Below, one piece after another: positions 50,682-62,925 of a stretch of 64,000 nt of DNA. The stretch is from Cirrosporium novae-zelandiae (lineage: Eukaryota). Numbering within the stretch: the stretch's first letter is position 1; each line of letters begins with the position of its first letter. The notes beneath the pieces were generated by a model, which saw nothing but the letters and a program-made list of their open reading frames with translations, did no database searches and was not told where the DNA came from. The DNA is taken from the NCBI GenBank assembly GCA_026023565.1, contig JAPETS010000036.1, forward strand, positions 248,001-312,000. The letters are read 5' to 3'. Position numbers and translations under genes: made by a program.

Positions 50682-52063
50682 CTAGGATATAGCTCTTATA
50701 AGGCTCAAACCTAGATATATGATTAGTATAGATATGCTGACGTAAGGTCTAGAGCCCAAGGAGCAAGCAAAGGGATCTATGTACAATGGGGGGACATGTG
50801 CGGGATAAACCAGAACCATACATATCCAGTGAAGGGAATGGACCAGACAGTCTATTTGGTCTGGTCCATTCCCTTCACTGTACATATCTACAGCTGGGCA
50901 TCCGTGGCACTTCATCCACAGAACTTCATCAAGGATACCCAGGCTATCCAGGCGGTCATGATCCCAGAAGACGTAACCCCGTTTTCTCATATCTTTCACT
51001 AGAGTTAGACCATATAATGGGCAAACCGAACTGCCTGTTGCAAATACCCAAGCCTCGTTCAGTTCCCATAGTACATCCTTGACAAAAGGTAGCGTTTCTC
51101 CATTATGCCATCCATAGCTCGCTTCATACAAGACTTCGAATAGAGATGCTTCAAGATTTTCCACTGTAAGCTGTCTCGCTACTTCATAGGAGAGGTGTTG
51201 GAGCCCATACAGAAAGGGAAGGCCCAACGAAATAAGGCCCTCTCTGAATTTTACTGTGATTAATTTAGCATTTATTAATCTCCGATGGGGATTTTTGTTG
51301 GATTATATACTTTCTTTAGGTGTTGGTTTGTCGCAATCGGTAGGAAATGTCGGCCATTCTGTAAGTTGTTTGGCAAATCGAGGTGATTCACGGCCAGCAT
51401 CAAGAACTAAGACCTGAAACCAATTTCTGTAATATTTTTTGACGTATTCGTATACACAACCCAGCTCCTCAACCTCCCATTGATGGAAATGGCACAGAAA
51501 ATATCTAGCTTTCTCCCCAGCAGAGAACCGATAAATTTTCTTATAATCAGCTCCATGGTGGCGGGATTCGAAGAGAGTTAGTCCTTTATGTAATTGCTCA
51601 TGGTATTCTGGATTATCTTTTGGAATGATGACCTCACTACCAAAGAGGGTACAGTGAAACTGGTAGCGATAGAATGACCGATAGATGCGCAGTTTTTCTG
51701 TTCGACTTAGCCGCAGTTGTTTCTCCCTAGTGATTGGATGCACCGTCAAAGTAGAGGTTAAAAAGTGCATTGAGAAATATTCAACCACCCCGTGCATGTA
51801 GGCCGTATTCACTAAACCTTTAAGGCCTATCCTTTTCGCAAATGGACCTAGACAATTTTTATCATTGATCAAAACGTCTAACCCTCCTTCTAACTCTGAG
51901 TCCCGACTCCAGGCATTTTTATAAAGCACGAAGAAACTCAAAACTTTCTCTTTGTAGTTTTCTCCATCTCTATTGATTTGCAAATCATCACTTTGACCTC
52001 TGGGAGTAGACCTTCCAAAGTTGTCACAAAGTTCATGGGACCAGTGGTCGTCAACATGGTCAT
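50682..52063 (-). pseudogene. F-box-like fungal protein, disrupted by a frameshift/deletion and a MITE insertion
   Basis: ATG 52063 gives the F-box-like start TLEGLLPEVKVMICKSI, which is out of frame with the body (SRTEKLRIYRSFYRYQ, WEVEELGCVYEY, MRKRGYVFWD). The 3' exon carries the 50827-50880 insertion. Confidence 0.65.
50827..50880. mobile_element. 54-bp hAT-like MITE: perfect 22-bp TIRs, 10-bp spacer, 8-bp TSD
   Basis: CAGTGAAGGGAATGGACCAGAC (50827-50848), AGTCTATTTG, GTCTGGTCCATTCCCTTCACTG (50859-50880); direct repeat TACATATC at 50819-50826 and 50881-50888. Confidence 0.85.
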
Positions 52064-52624
52064 TCTTTATTTTTTTTGGGTGCCAAAATGGGGTTTGTTG
52101 CAGCTTTGATCAAACTTGTGATAGAATCAGCTGAAGAAATAGAAAGTTGAGGAAAGGTAAAAAGTGTTGTAGTAAAAAATAAATGTCGAGAACAGCCGTG
52201 GTTTATAAATGAACCCCCAAAGTCTGATTCAGTGTAAGATAAATCCATTATATTCTTGTGAACATGTAGTATGGAGTAGGGTTTAGATTACAAGATCGGC
52301 GATAATGATATTTACAAAGCCAGAATAAGTGAAACACCTAAAAGGCACAGATAGGTAATGTATAGTACCCCTCCCCTAAAGCGATGTTATTTAAGGATTA
52401 TCATAGGTCAGATAACTATTTTCAGGCACAATCAGGTATCAACTTCTTTGCTGGATCATATTGAGCCTCAAGATCTTATCATTAGGCCAATTGACCCCCC
52501 AGTTTTACCCCTGCTAGCGGTAGCCATTGGAAGACGCTCTAGGGGCTAATTCTGTATTATTCAATCTCTTCGGGTAGTTAGAGCCGTGGAAATAAAATAT
52601 ATATTTATCCATGGGCTTTCTTCT

Positions 52625-54573
52625 TCATTCCACTTTTGCTTCTTGGTTCGAGGGGGGTATGTCTCCTTGAGTGGGATCATTATTATTTGCGAGGAGATTT
52701 TGGCCATCGCTATATATATGCATATGATTAGCTCGTTTTCTTAATCTAATTAGGACATTTAAGGGAAAGGGGATGATGTACTTTAAGCGTAGGTTTGGCA
52801 GGAACCATGCTAGGACTAACATTGGGACGGAGGAGACGAGAGCGGCGATGGTGATGTATCGCAGGACGTCTGAGTACTATATGTAGACAGGGGGTCAGAT
52901 TGGATTGGGTCTTTACATAATTGTAGTATAATGATCAAATGCGAATCTCACAGCATCGTTAATTGCAGTTCGTTTCTCTGTGCCCCATCCGGGTAATACT
53001 CCACTAATTGAGTTAAATACGGAATCGATTTGCGATTGAGATACCTCTCCTCCAAGATGCTTCCTCAATGCACCTTTGAAGGTGTTCGTGTAGACACCTC
53101 CGGCGATGCTTTCGCCAACAGCGCTACCCACAAAACTAGCCAGGAGAACAAGCGAGGATATCTGAGCTAATTCTGCATGCGGGACGACGATCTGGGCGGA
53201 GACGACAATGATGGTTTGAATTATACCGCTCCCAGCACCCTGGATGAGCTGGACGATGAAGAGTTCAGCTATGGAGTTATTCGCACCACGGAGCCGCATC
53301 ATGACGCCGTAGCCAACGAAGCGGATACAGACGCCGATGAAGACTTGCCATTTATAGTGGCGGGTTTTGTACATGAGCCAACCAGCGCCGATGCCAATGA
53401 AGCATTGGAAGACACCATTAGTGTAGAGGAGGAAAGCGGCGTCTCGGGCCGAGAAGTTGTGAGCGACCACGGACCAACTATAGAGGTACTGATGGGTAGC
53501 ACTAAAACCAAGATTGTCCACTGCACCAAGGAGGCAGGAGATGACGATAGAAAGGTTCTTTAAATAATGGACTGGGACTACAGGGTGCTTGGCGATATAG
53601 CTTTCGTAGGGAACCAGCGCAATTAGGAACACAGCGCCCAAAACAATTACAGCATCTACCCAAGGGGTTTGCCATTTGCTAGGTGTGGTTGCAGCTAAAG
53701 TGATGGGAAGGAGTAGCATTGCGAAGCCACCACTGAGAAAGATCATACCTCCTAAATCGATAAGTGAACAAAATTCGTAAACGGTTATTTTTTTTCTCGG
53801 TACAACACCGGCTTTCTTGGCTTTTCGTTGGAAGTATAGAAGCGTGATAATTATGAAACTGGAACAGAATGGCATAAGAATGGCGAACATGCCAATACCC
53901 CATCGCCAGCCAATCCCATCAACGACGCTGTCCACGATTAATGCGGCAACCCAAGGAGTAATTAAAAACGGGAAATAGGATAGCCCGATCGCAAATCCTC
54001 GCCATCGGGTACTAGAAATATCGGCAATGATGATTTGATCAAGGATTTGGGTTCCACTCTGGCCAATTGAATAGAACACTATACCTCCTGCATACACGTT
54101 GATGCTCTTAGAAGATGCACACAAAATATAAGATATCAGGTAACACAATATCGTGAAGATATAGGTTTCTCCACGACCAATCACATCCGAGATCTTTCCA
54201 ATCGGAGGTTTTATCACGGCACTAATGATAGTTTCTGCCGTACTCAATGCAGCAATCAAAGATAATTCACTAAAGGCCGAGGCAGCATAATTCTGGTATG
54301 TATAGATGGTGGAGTTGTCGAGTTCAAAGATAATCATCATCATCGCTAGACTGTTTACTACCAAGTTAGTCACTGTCTTTGAGAACCTATATAGTGAACA
54401 AGATACCCTGCCCAAAGAAAGTATTTTCCATTTTGTCCCCAGACGGCTTGAATTGCCTCAACCTTGACCACACCAGCCTGCTCAGGGGTATTTTCTAGCT
54501 GAGGTACAATATTCACGGTAGCCTTCACTTTGTCTGACCCCTTTTCAAGTGAACTTGGAGTTTGTGAATCCAT
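52625..54573 (-). CDS. MFS siderophore-iron transporter (ARN/Sit1/MirB family)
   Basis: GVVKVEAIQAVWG, FELDNSTIYTY, KPPIGKISDVIGRGE, IIADISSTRWRG, WRWGIGMFAI, DLGG, many TM segments, WGTEKRTAINDA/YSDVLR; four exons. Confidence 0.92.
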
Positions 54574-55725
54574 TTCAATGACTTTGCCGCCCGTAGAGGA
54601 AGAGGGACGAAGCTATGCCTTGATCGCGGTAATAAACCTGATTGTAAGTGATAAAGTAGGAAATATAGTTCGATCCGATCAAAGAGTTACCAGAAATCCT
54701 ATACGATTTATAGATTGACAAGGGAAGTTCATGCAGAGGCAGTCTATCTGGGCGTAGATAATAGGGTAGCACTGGTAGATGCCAACCTACGATACACGGT
54801 CTTAGGTTTCATCTGCAAGCGTACATAGAGCAAGAGATGCTTGAAGAATTAATGTTGGCAAAATTGAACTGATGATCTTTGCCTGTATCAGATAGCCTAC
54901 TTATCATTCATGCACTCACTATATGCATTCCATCTTATCATAGTCAACGATGGTAAATACTAGAGTAGGTCTCGGGTGGATGGCTATCAAAGCACCTAGT
55001 TTATCGGCAGTCAGATCGGATCCCACCGATTGACATATGGTTCGATGGTTCTTAAAAACAACCATATGTTAATTGAAGTCTCCGAGCAACCAGTGTAACG
55101 CGCATGCGTGTGGCCGTTGAACCAGAATCAGAACCCTGGCGACAGTTGGACTCTAAACCAGTACGAGAAGCTGGGAAGGATATGATATGTATCATGTGAA
55201 AACAAACCAGAAGTTTTCTGATTCCAAGGATATGATATGCTGGTTATCAATATGCAACAACATCGACTAGCTCGGAGCAGATGATATTTCTTCTGGTAAT
55301 CTGAATGTCAATTGACCATTTATCTTGAGCATCTTCCTACAGCTATTCAACTGTTTAAGTCAAATTCCGAGACAAATGTACTGATTTTGTTGTGGCTTTG
55401 GTCATTTCCAGCCTGATTAGGTTTTCGATGACAGAACCTTATGAAGGTGTTTCATTTCTATTCAAAAATCCTCAAAGTTCAAGTTGGATTCAAGGAGGTT
55501 GAATTTCGTTCGGATTAAGCGGACGTCCTCAGAGATAATTAGCTAATTGGTCCAATATCTTATCTCGTCCTATCTTCTCCCTCCCCCCGCCGTTTCCCTT
55601 GATCATTTCTACCATCAAATAGCATCATCAAGCCTTCACACCATTAAAAAATTGGTGGAAATTCCTACCTACTTTTGAATGATCCGAAAGGCCCAGCATG
55701 ACAAAACAGCCAGTTAAATGAGAAA

Positions 55726-56290
55726 TTAGAACAGAATAGCATACAACCCACATATCGTTGCAACCAAAGGTAAAGTCCCCCTTCCAAAGTTTAACCACTT
55801 CCATCTCTTCACCAAGATGCCAACCTCATCCTCTTTTGCCTTGGTAACCTCACCTTCCTGGCCTTCATCATGAAGCTCCTCGTCTAGGGCAAATATCCGT
55901 TTGTTTGTTTTGGCCATAAAAAGTCCCGTATAAGGCGCAATATCAAGGGCAAGAGCGGCAGCAGCCCAAAGGAAGCCCCTCGATGAAGAAGTGTGGGGCG
56001 ATTTGATCGCGAGATAGCAGTAGCAGAAAGCGGAGAGAACAGCTAATGGTGGCCCGATACGGACACCAAGATCATAGACATGGTGAAGCTGTTTGGCGCG
56101 GAGAGCCGGGGGTGCGTCAAAGATAGGTGATACGCCAATATGGGAAGTTGCAAGGAGTCCACCTAGAGGGGTTGGGTCAGTCACGATGCCTTTAGAGAAA
56201 GTGAGACTGGGTGCTACCGGTGGCTATGGCAGACGAGGTGAGACCTACGGCTCGCACAAGGGAGAGAACTAGAGAGGTTTCCGTAGCCAT
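55726..56290 (-). CDS. DUF1772 / anthrone oxygenase-like small membrane protein
   Basis: ATG 56290, intron ~56163-56217. TGGLLATSHIGVSP...QLHHVYDLG...IAPYTGLFMAKTNKRI...LVKRWKWLNFGRG matches the PxT...TN...W..LN..R pattern. Confidence 0.8.
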
Positions 56291-56865
56291 GATTGCTAAT
56301 AGGGAAGGAAGGTAGTCTATGATATTGTTTCTACAGTAAAGAATGAATATGGTTTTGAATCAGGGTTTAGCTAAGTGCTTGAAGGTATCGGAACCGGTAT
56401 ATCTAAAACTAACTGCCTGTCATCCGTCATCAATGACCCACCTAATTTCGAAGGTCAATTGATTTTTATCAAAGCATCACAATTTCCATTTTCTGTTTTT
56501 CATTGCCTCTCAAGGCCACAATGGTGATAAATAACTTGTGTAGGTCCAGTTGTCGGACCTCGGGACAAAGCAATCGCGTAGGATCGACGCAGGGACTGTT
56601 TTTGTTGCTTCAACACCAAGAAACCAACCACTGACTGACCCACTAACCCACTACTAACCTTCCTTCAACTACTGTACAGTAACCAACTTTCAATTACTCT
56701 CCTTGCTTCGTCTACTTCGCTTGTTATCATCATTCTTGCCAAGATTTCCTTGACCTTCATCACCAAAGTCCCAAGATTCCTTTCGCCATTCATTCTCACT
56801 TCCGCCATGTTATTATCCTCCATCAATCATTCTATGTTCTGCGATAGCTACGGCCACCATCCACC

Positions 56866-58611
56866 ATGGTTCAAACTCACTTCTCTCGACTTCCCACTGT
56901 CCCATCGAAACGTTCCGCTTCTGAGATAGACATTGGGGGGACTCCCCCCGATCCCCGCTCAATCAAGACGCTAAAACAAGCTAAACAAGACTACAAGAAG
57001 CGTGGGAATCGCATGACAGCTGAACAACGCCGACGGCAACAACATGAGTGGGAAGCCTATGACCGTGCGGAGAAACAGAGAGAGAAAGAGAAGAGGGCGC
57101 TGAAAGAGGCAAGGAAGAGGAAAGAGAAGAAAGAGAAAGAACAGGCAGAGATAAGAGAGAAATTGAAGAGGGGAGAGCCGGTTGGAAAGATCAGAGAGGG
57201 GCAGATGAGGATTACAGGCTGGTTTGCGAAGGGCCAAGCTGCAAAATGCAATGTTGATAAGACGGCCAACGGAGAAGTTTCAGTTTTACAGTCTGAATCA
57301 GCGGATCACGATGACTATACTGAGGATACAAACGATGATGATAATGCTACGGAGGCCGAAGAGTCTGGTGGTGACCAGGATCCCAAAGCAAATTTAAAGC
57401 TTGGGATTGAGATAGAGATAGCAGAACCTACAACCATTGTCCATGATGATAAATTAAAAGAGGAGGAACAAGAGGCAGATCAAGGTGTTACAAACAAACA
57501 AATGGATCCGGATATGCTTGTGGAATGTAGTCCTGCTACAATTGTAACGGATAATACCTCTCAGCACCCCAAAACTCCAGGATGTATAGTAGCTATCGAG
57601 AAGACGAATCCCGAGAGAGGTATCAAAGTTGAGGTCGGAATGGATCCAGAGTCTAAAGACAATGGCAATAGATCATCCAGAGGCCTTACAACCAAAATTA
57701 CCTCCAAAGATCCCCCGAAGGCCGAATTGCCAATCGAAAATATGGAAAATGCGAAAAACAATGTACCTCCAACATTATCAAAACAAGCATCTGATTTATC
57801 TGATGACTTCTTCGATGGACTCTTATCCCAAGATCTACATGATCTAATTCAGAGCCAACCAGAAAGTTATCATAAGGACCTAAAAAAGCTCAAGACCCCT
57901 ATGAGAAAATCTCCAAGCACTACACCTACACGGAACAACCCTCACAAAAAGCAGCATTCAAGCGATGTGACCCAGAAGAATATACCATTATGCAGCGAAA
58001 AAATCAAGAATGTCCCCAGAATTCCAGAAATGCCTTCAGGCAAGGTTAACTCGGCAGGCAATACAAGGTCAAAACAACGCTTGGAGTTACATGATGATCA
58101 GTCACTTCCTCCATCAACTCAATACCCTGGTTTTGATTTCAATTTTCAGGAGCTAGAAGAGCTGGAGATGTCCGCAGTCGAGTCTTGTAAAGAATCGAGA
58201 TTGAAAAGAAATGGGAATCCAGAGGCAGGCATCCTTTCACCAAGGATGAAAGAAAGATCAATCCGCCCCAAGATTTCAAGCCAATTTGGAGGTTTCCATG
58301 ACGAAAATATAAATCCAGCAAAAGGCATTATTCATATTGCATGCAACAAGCCTTCAAGTATGCCACAGATCCCGCAGAAGCCATATTGCAGGTCTCCTTT
58401 GCAGCCTCGCCAGGTCTCTGCGCATACACGAAGTACTATCCTTTCCACCCCCTGTACAGCTAACCGACTGTCCAACCCTGCTCGTCCCGCTTTAAATAAC
58501 ATCAATACAAACACTCAATCTGCTCCTTGTACCCGAGGGTCTACCCCTGTGATGTTTTCGTCACAGGACTTTGAACTCACCGCTGCAGATCTAGCAGAGC
58601 TAGAGGGGTGA
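56866..58611 (+). CDS. Hypothetical, mostly disordered protein with a charged coiled coil and a PIP-box-like motif
   Basis: Intronless 581-aa ORF; K/E/R-rich helix near the N-terminus followed by QMRITGWF; acidic-aromatic short motifs near the C-terminus. Confidence 0.8.
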   Translation: MVQTHFSRLPTVPSKRSASEIDIGGTPPDPRSIKTLKQAKQDYKKRGNRMTAEQRRRQQHEWEAYDRAEKQREKEKRALKEARKRKEKKEKEQAEIREKLKRGEPVGKIREGQMRITGWFAKGQAAKCNVDKTANGEVSVLQSESADHDDYTEDTNDDDNATEAEESGGDQDPKANLKLGIEIEIAEPTTIVHDDKLKEEEQEADQGVTNKQMDPDMLVECSPATIVTDNTSQHPKTPGCIVAIEKTNPERGIKVEVGMDPESKDNGNRSSRGLTTKITSKDPPKAELPIENMENAKNNVPPTLSKQASDLSDDFFDGLLSQDLHDLIQSQPESYHKDLKKLKTPMRKSPSTTPTRNNPHKKQHSSDVTQKNIPLCSEKIKNVPRIPEMPSGKVNSAGNTRSKQRLELHDDQSLPPSTQYPGFDFNFQELEELEMSAVESCKESRLKRNGNPEAGILSPRMKERSIRPKISSQFGGFHDENINPAKGIIHIACNKPSSMPQIPQKPYCRSPLQPRQVSAHTRSTILSTPCTANRLSNPARPALNNINTNTQSAPCTRGSTPVMFSSQDFELTAADLAELEG

Positions 58612-59213
58612 ATTGTGTATTTTCTCAACGCATTCTAGACATTTGGTTCGAGTTGGGTATCATAGAAGAAACATGGCGAGTTCTGGTTTAACGTGATGGC
58701 GATAATAATGGGGTAATTGCATCAGCATCAGGGTTTGGATGGATTATTATTACTATTATTATTCGATGATTGGATGGATGAATGTGCAATGATTTCCACC
58801 TCCCCACATGTAGTTTGGGATTTTGGACATAATTGTTTAGAATGGCTTTCAATGTATGATAGAATGTATCTAGGTAGAGTGCCATGAGTGCTCTCTCATC
58901 AAACAATGCAAACAGACTTTTGCCACCTTGACTCGGCACGTGTTCGGCCTCCGTTGATCGGCTCTAAGGCGAATAAGAATCGAATCATGCTCGGCACTCC
59001 AACTCCCTTAAGAGTCAAGCTTCGGCCTCAAGAGCTTCATCGGTCATCGCCATTTGGGAAGGTCAACCAGCATGGATCATATCTAAGGTGGAGACCCCAA
59101 GAGATACGAAGATAATTATAAAATATAATGCTAATCCCATTTGTCAGTTTCACTTCCTTTTCTTTTAATGTCGTATCCTCTCTATTTTGAGGAAGACACT
59201 AACTCTCACCAGC

Positions 59214-61766
59214 ATGTCCGAGACGTTGTCTGAGAAGCCCTTCATGGACTATCGCAACGAGCGTACCCCTCTTATTCAGAGGGTGCGAGTTGCTCCGCCG
59301 AGAGAGCGATATCCTCACTCGACACTGCGGCGCTTCTGCACCATCGTCCTCGGATGCTGTCTTTTCGTCGTCGTCACCACTTTCCTTGTTGTGGTCGTAT
59401 TCGATCCCCATCCAGTAGGCAGACATCATCACCACCGAGAGTACTATGGTCCAAGGCATCTTGATTTTATGCCATGGTCATCACCTTATCCACACAAGCA
59501 ATGGCCATCCAGTGAAGGAATCTCGTACACGGAACTTCAGGAGATATTATTATCGACACCCGACGAGGACATGGCAAGAGAATGGAGCTCCTATTACACT
59601 GCTGGCCCACATCTAGCAGGAAAGAATCTTTCACAGGCCATTTGGACAAAGGAAAGATGGCAAGAGTTTGGCATAGCTGATACAAGTATTGTCGCATATG
59701 ATACATATATCAATTACCCCCTGGGGCACCGCCTCGCCCTATTGGAGAAGACTAGCGATAAGACTGAGGAAGTAGAATCCCATAATCACATCGAAACGCA
59801 AAAGAAGGAGCCTGGGTATAAGATCAAATATGAATGCAGCCTGGAAGAGGATGTCCTTGAAGAAGACCCTACGTCGTCCCTTGCAGATCGCATTCCAACC
59901 TTCCATGGATATTCTGCAAGCGGCAATGTTACAGCTCAATATGTCTATGTGAACTTCGGTACCTACCAGGACTTTGAGGATCTTGTAAAGGCAAATGTTA
60001 GTCTGAAAGGCAAAATTGCACTTGCCAAGTACGGTGGCATATTTAGAGGCCTCAAAGTCAAACGCGCTCAAGACCTCGGAATGATTGGAGCAGTTTTATA
60101 TTCTGATCCTCAAGAAGACGGTGAAATAACCGAACTGAACGGATATGCCCCCTACCCTGATGGTCCTGCTAGAAATCCCAGCGCTGTCCAAAGAGGAAGT
60201 GTTGAGAATTTGAGTATGGGACCAGGAGACCCGACAACCCCAGGTTACCCATCCAAGCCAGGTGTACCTCGTCAATCTGGAAATCACAGTATACCACATA
60301 TTCCTTCCGTTCCTATCTCGTATCGAGATGCATTACCACTCCTTCTCGCTCTCAACGGTCATGGACCAAATGCTTCGTCCTTTAACAAGTATTGGCAAGG
60401 TGGTGGGCTTGTACATAAAGGCGTTCAGTACAATATCGGCCCCTCTCCTCCAAATTTAGTTCTCAACCTCGTCAACGAGCAAGAATACGTAACTACCCCT
60501 CTCTGGAATGTCATTGGTATCGTCAACGGCTCAATCCCTGATGAGGTCATCGTCCTTGGCAACCATCGTGATGCCTGGATTGCAGGGGGGGCTGGCGATC
60601 CTAATTCCGGCTCGGCCGCCTTCAACGAGGTCATCCGCGCTTTTGGTGCCGCTATCAAACTTGGCTGGAAGCCTGCTCGTACCATTGTTTTCGCCAGCTG
60701 GGATGGTGAGGAATATGGTCTCATTGGCTCTACCGAATGGGTGGAAGAATATATCCCCTGGCTCTCCAAAGCTGCAGTTGCATACCTCAACGTTGACGTT
60801 GGCTGCGCAGGCTCCCAGTTCAAAGGCTCAGCCTCCCCACTGCTGAATAAGGCGCTCAACGCCGCAACATCTCTTGTATCGTCCCCCAACCAAACCATCC
60901 CCGGCCAAACCGTCTACGACGTTTGGAATAAGAAAATAACAACCCTCGGCTCTGGCTCTGATTACACTGCTTTCTTAGACTTTGCTGGGATCCCCAGCGT
61001 GGATTTCGGCTTCAGCGGAAATGTCCACATTAACGAACACGATGCTGTGTACATGTACCACTCCAACTACGACAGCTTCTACTGGATGGACAAATATGCA
61101 GATCCTGGTTGGCACTACCACGCCACGATAGCGAAAATATGGGGACTCCTTGCAGCCAACCTCATCGAAACTCCCATTATCGCCTTCAACACAACCGACT
61201 ACGCCATCGGCATACAACAATATCTTTCCCGCGCCGAAGAAAAAGCAAAAACAAATGGTATTTCCGAATCTTCCTTCTCCTTCTCCCCGCTCGAAAAGGC
61301 CGCCCACAAACTCCACAAAACAACCCTCCATTTCAGCGCCTACACGGCACAGCTCGCCGATGCAATCAATGAGGGCACGCCCTGGTGGCGCTGGTGGGAG
61401 CGTGTCAAGCTCTTTTACCAGGTGCGCAAGGCCAACAGGCAGCTCAAAGAATTTGAACGCGTGTTTCTGTACCAGGACGGCTTAGACGGTCGCACTTGGT
61501 TCAAGCATACGGTTTTTGCCCCTGGGCTATGGACAGGATATGCGGGGGCCACGTTTCCTGGTTTGGTTGAGAGTTTCGAGACGGGAAATTTGACAAATGC
61601 GAAGGTAAGCCCTTTTTTCCTTTTTTTTCCTCTGGTCCAAATTGATTTTTTATAAATCCGATCAATGTGTGAATGTACTGGTTTGCTAACTTCGTTTTTC
61701 AACTTATAGCGCTGGGCCAAAATCATCGAGGGAAACATTGTCCATGCCACTAACCTACTGGGATAA
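59214..61766 (+). CDS. Glutamate carboxypeptidase II / transferrin-receptor-like M28B peptidase (Tre1/Tre2/Vps70-like)
   Basis: N-terminal TM segment, GPHLAG, PA domain (FRGLKVK, YSDP), GNHRDAW, GAGDPNSG, SWDGEEYGL, YLNVD, GSGSDY, YHSNYD, WFKHTVFAPG; intron 61605-61709. Confidence 0.95.
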
Positions 61767-61789
61767 AGGAAAGGCAAACACCACCACTG

Positions 61790-62920
61790 GCTGAATCCAT
61801 CTACCTACGAATCAACCCACGAGCCAACCAACGAACCAAATGAAACGACGAGAGTAAAAAGGAAGGATAATCATTTAAAGTCTATTCGCTATGACTATAA
61901 TAGCACCTTCGACGTGAAAAAAGTCGGCATCTTAGTTTATCTGCTCATTTTTCCTCTTGATATTATGAATCATCCATCAGGTATATATAATATTATCTAT
62001 CCAGGAAAGAAAAGAAGTTTGGGAACATTTTTACAAAATGGATGTAATTTAGGTGTAAGAAATGAAAATGAAATAAAAAATCGTCTTCGTGTGTTGTTTA
62101 TTTATTTATTTGAAATAGAGAGAAAGGGGGGAAGAAAATGTAATGTGTAATATGTAATCTAATATGAAAAACTCAGAATAGTAACTGGTAAGCAGAAAGT
62201 CCCGCCCCCTCCCTTCCCCTAGTAAATGATATATCATACATACATACATACATACATACACCAAATAAGTACCATCCCATCCCATACACACATGCACCAC
62301 AACCCACACCAAGTACCATATGCATATATAAAAACCAGTTCCAAGTTCCAAAACCCAACACATGAATTATCCATAATATATACCTAGATACAGTACAGTA
62401 CCTACTCAATAAAAAAAAGATTTACTTACTATATAATAATATAACAAACAATACCAGCCAAAAGAAAAAAAAAGAGAACTAATAAATTTAGTTTTTGGTT
62501 TCTCCCTTCGAGTCGAGCTCTTCCCCCCGCCCCTCAAACTTCAACTTTAACTGGTTGATTAACTAGGTACCTACCTACCTACCTACCTACCTACCTACCT
62601 AGATAAATAGATATCCGCATCTTGTATCCATATTTCTTTTTTTGTTTTGTTTTGTTTTGTTTTGTTTTGTTTTATTTTGTTTTCCCCCTCGCCTCAAATA
62701 AAAATAAAAAATAAAAATAGGGTTTTTTGCTGATGGTTAAGTTTAAGAGACCGACCGTTTTGCGCCAAAAAGAAATTGAAAAGCAAAAAAAAAAAACAAG
62801 AAAGGGAGATATAACCTTTAATAGATGGATAATTAGGGGATTTTTTTCTTTTTTTCCCAAGCCTTCCGCTCCTCTTGTTCATATCTCTCCCCCCACTTTA
62901 CACACACTGTCCTATTATCT
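61790..62920. repeat. Microsatellite/low-complexity island 4
   Basis: (ATAC)n ~62236-62258, (TACC)n ~62568-62600, (TTTTG)n ~62640-62670, poly-A runs. Confidence 0.8.
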
Positions 62921-62925
62921 CATTC

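Noticed and set aside
55033..55069. 10-bp inverted repeat ACATATGGTT...AACCATATGT and nearby AAGGATATGATATG direct repeat
   Set aside because: Short, with no convincing TSD or second copy; compatible with chance.
56190..56217. Apparent frameshift or 28-nt intron in the DUF1772 gene
   Set aside because: A normal ~55-nt intron (GTAGCA...CTGAC...CTAG) restores the frame, so the gene is intact.
11800..56290. A single secondary-metabolite cluster spanning SCD, reductase, monooxygenase, methyltransferase and anthrone oxygenase
   Set aside because: No PKS/NRPS; the genes are spread over 45 kb and separated by housekeeping genes.
59199..61777. Antisense and alternative-frame ORFs over GCPII, GH5, the MFS transporter and other genes
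   Set aside because: Shadow ORFs of real coding sequence with no independent motifs.
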